From sequence record MH560358: a stretch of 64,000 nucleotides of DNA; one strand, 5' to 3'. Origin of the DNA: Escherichia virus KFS-EC. Positions 63,740 to 64,000 of the stretch are shown piece by piece. Position 1 is the stretch's first letter; each line of letters starts with the position of its first letter. The notes under the pieces were generated by a model that was given only the letters and a program-made list of their open reading frames with translations, was not told where the DNA came from and searched no databases. The position numbers were made by a program, and so were the translations under genes.

Positions 63740-63764
63740 CGGGGATTATCTCCCCGCTTTTCTA
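63740..63764 (+). terminator. Hairpin terminator after gene 36
   Basis: GCGGGGAttatcTCCCCGC followed by TTTTCT. Confidence 0.5.
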
Positions 63765-63803
63765 AATAATATTATTCTAATAACCGTTTAAGGATTTTAT
63801 AAA

Positions 63804-64000
63804 ATGGCAGATTTAAACAGAATCCAGTTTAAACGCACTAGCGCAGCCGGACGTAAACCGGATGCTGGTACGATGAATCCGGGAGAGTTGGCAATTAACT
63901 TAGCAGACCAATATCTGCTTACAAAAAATGATGGTGGGCAAATTGTTAATTTAAGCTGCCCTCCAGTTTATGACAAGAGCGTTAATGTAAAAGGTCGTGT
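63804..64000 (+). CDS. 37: Long tail fibre distal subunit gp37, N-terminal fragment (runs off window)
   Basis: MADLNRIQFKRTSAAGRKP...GELAINL matches the T4 gp37 N-terminus. Confidence 0.7.
   Translation, partial: MADLNRIQFKRTSAAGRKPDAGTMNPGELAINLADQYLLTKNDGGQIVNLSCPPVYDKSVNVKGR

Noticed and set aside
1-64000. Prophage integration features (integrase, attachment sites, lysogeny repressor)
   Set aside because: None found; gene content and order are those of a virulent T4-like phage.

Overview
This window is a 64 kb segment of a T4-like (Tevenvirinae-type) myovirus genome. Gene identities were assigned by reading the supplied translations against remembered T4 protein sequences and gene order; no database search was run. 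Coordinates of promoters, terminators and ORFs shorter than 60 aa were located by eye and may be off by 1-2 nt. Several ORF-track starts appear to be TTG/GTG, so I moved them to the internal ATG that best fits T4 N-termini and a Shine-Dalgarno sequence. Plus-strand late module: partial upstream gene (gp17 expected), 18, 19, 20, 67, 68, 21, 22, 23, two small ORFs, 24. A minus-strand block follows (DprA-like protein, hoc, a Hoc-related protein), then uvsW, uvsW.1, uvsY and baseplate genes 25, 26, 51, 27, 28, 29, 48, 54. Next come alt with a second ADP-ribosyltransferase paralogue, then a ~7.5 kb block of about 25 small minus-strand early genes (27.8-35.3 kb), each behind a sigma70-like promoter that often carries a GC palindrome in its spacer. 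The rest is minus-strand early/middle genes: DNA ligase 30, a NADAR-like protein, 31, cd, pseT, rnlA, denA, nrdB, nrdA, td, frd, 32, 59, 33, dsbA, a CYTH-like protein, rnh, then tail-fibre genes 34-37 on the plus strand. The best candidates for undescribed biology are the translationally coupled operon at 27.9-30.2 kb (minimal C5-methyltransferase-fold protein, zinc ribbon, ParB/DUF262-like protein) and the tandem array of six small paralogues at 31.3-34.7 kb. No tRNA, rRNA, CRISPR array or integrase was seen.
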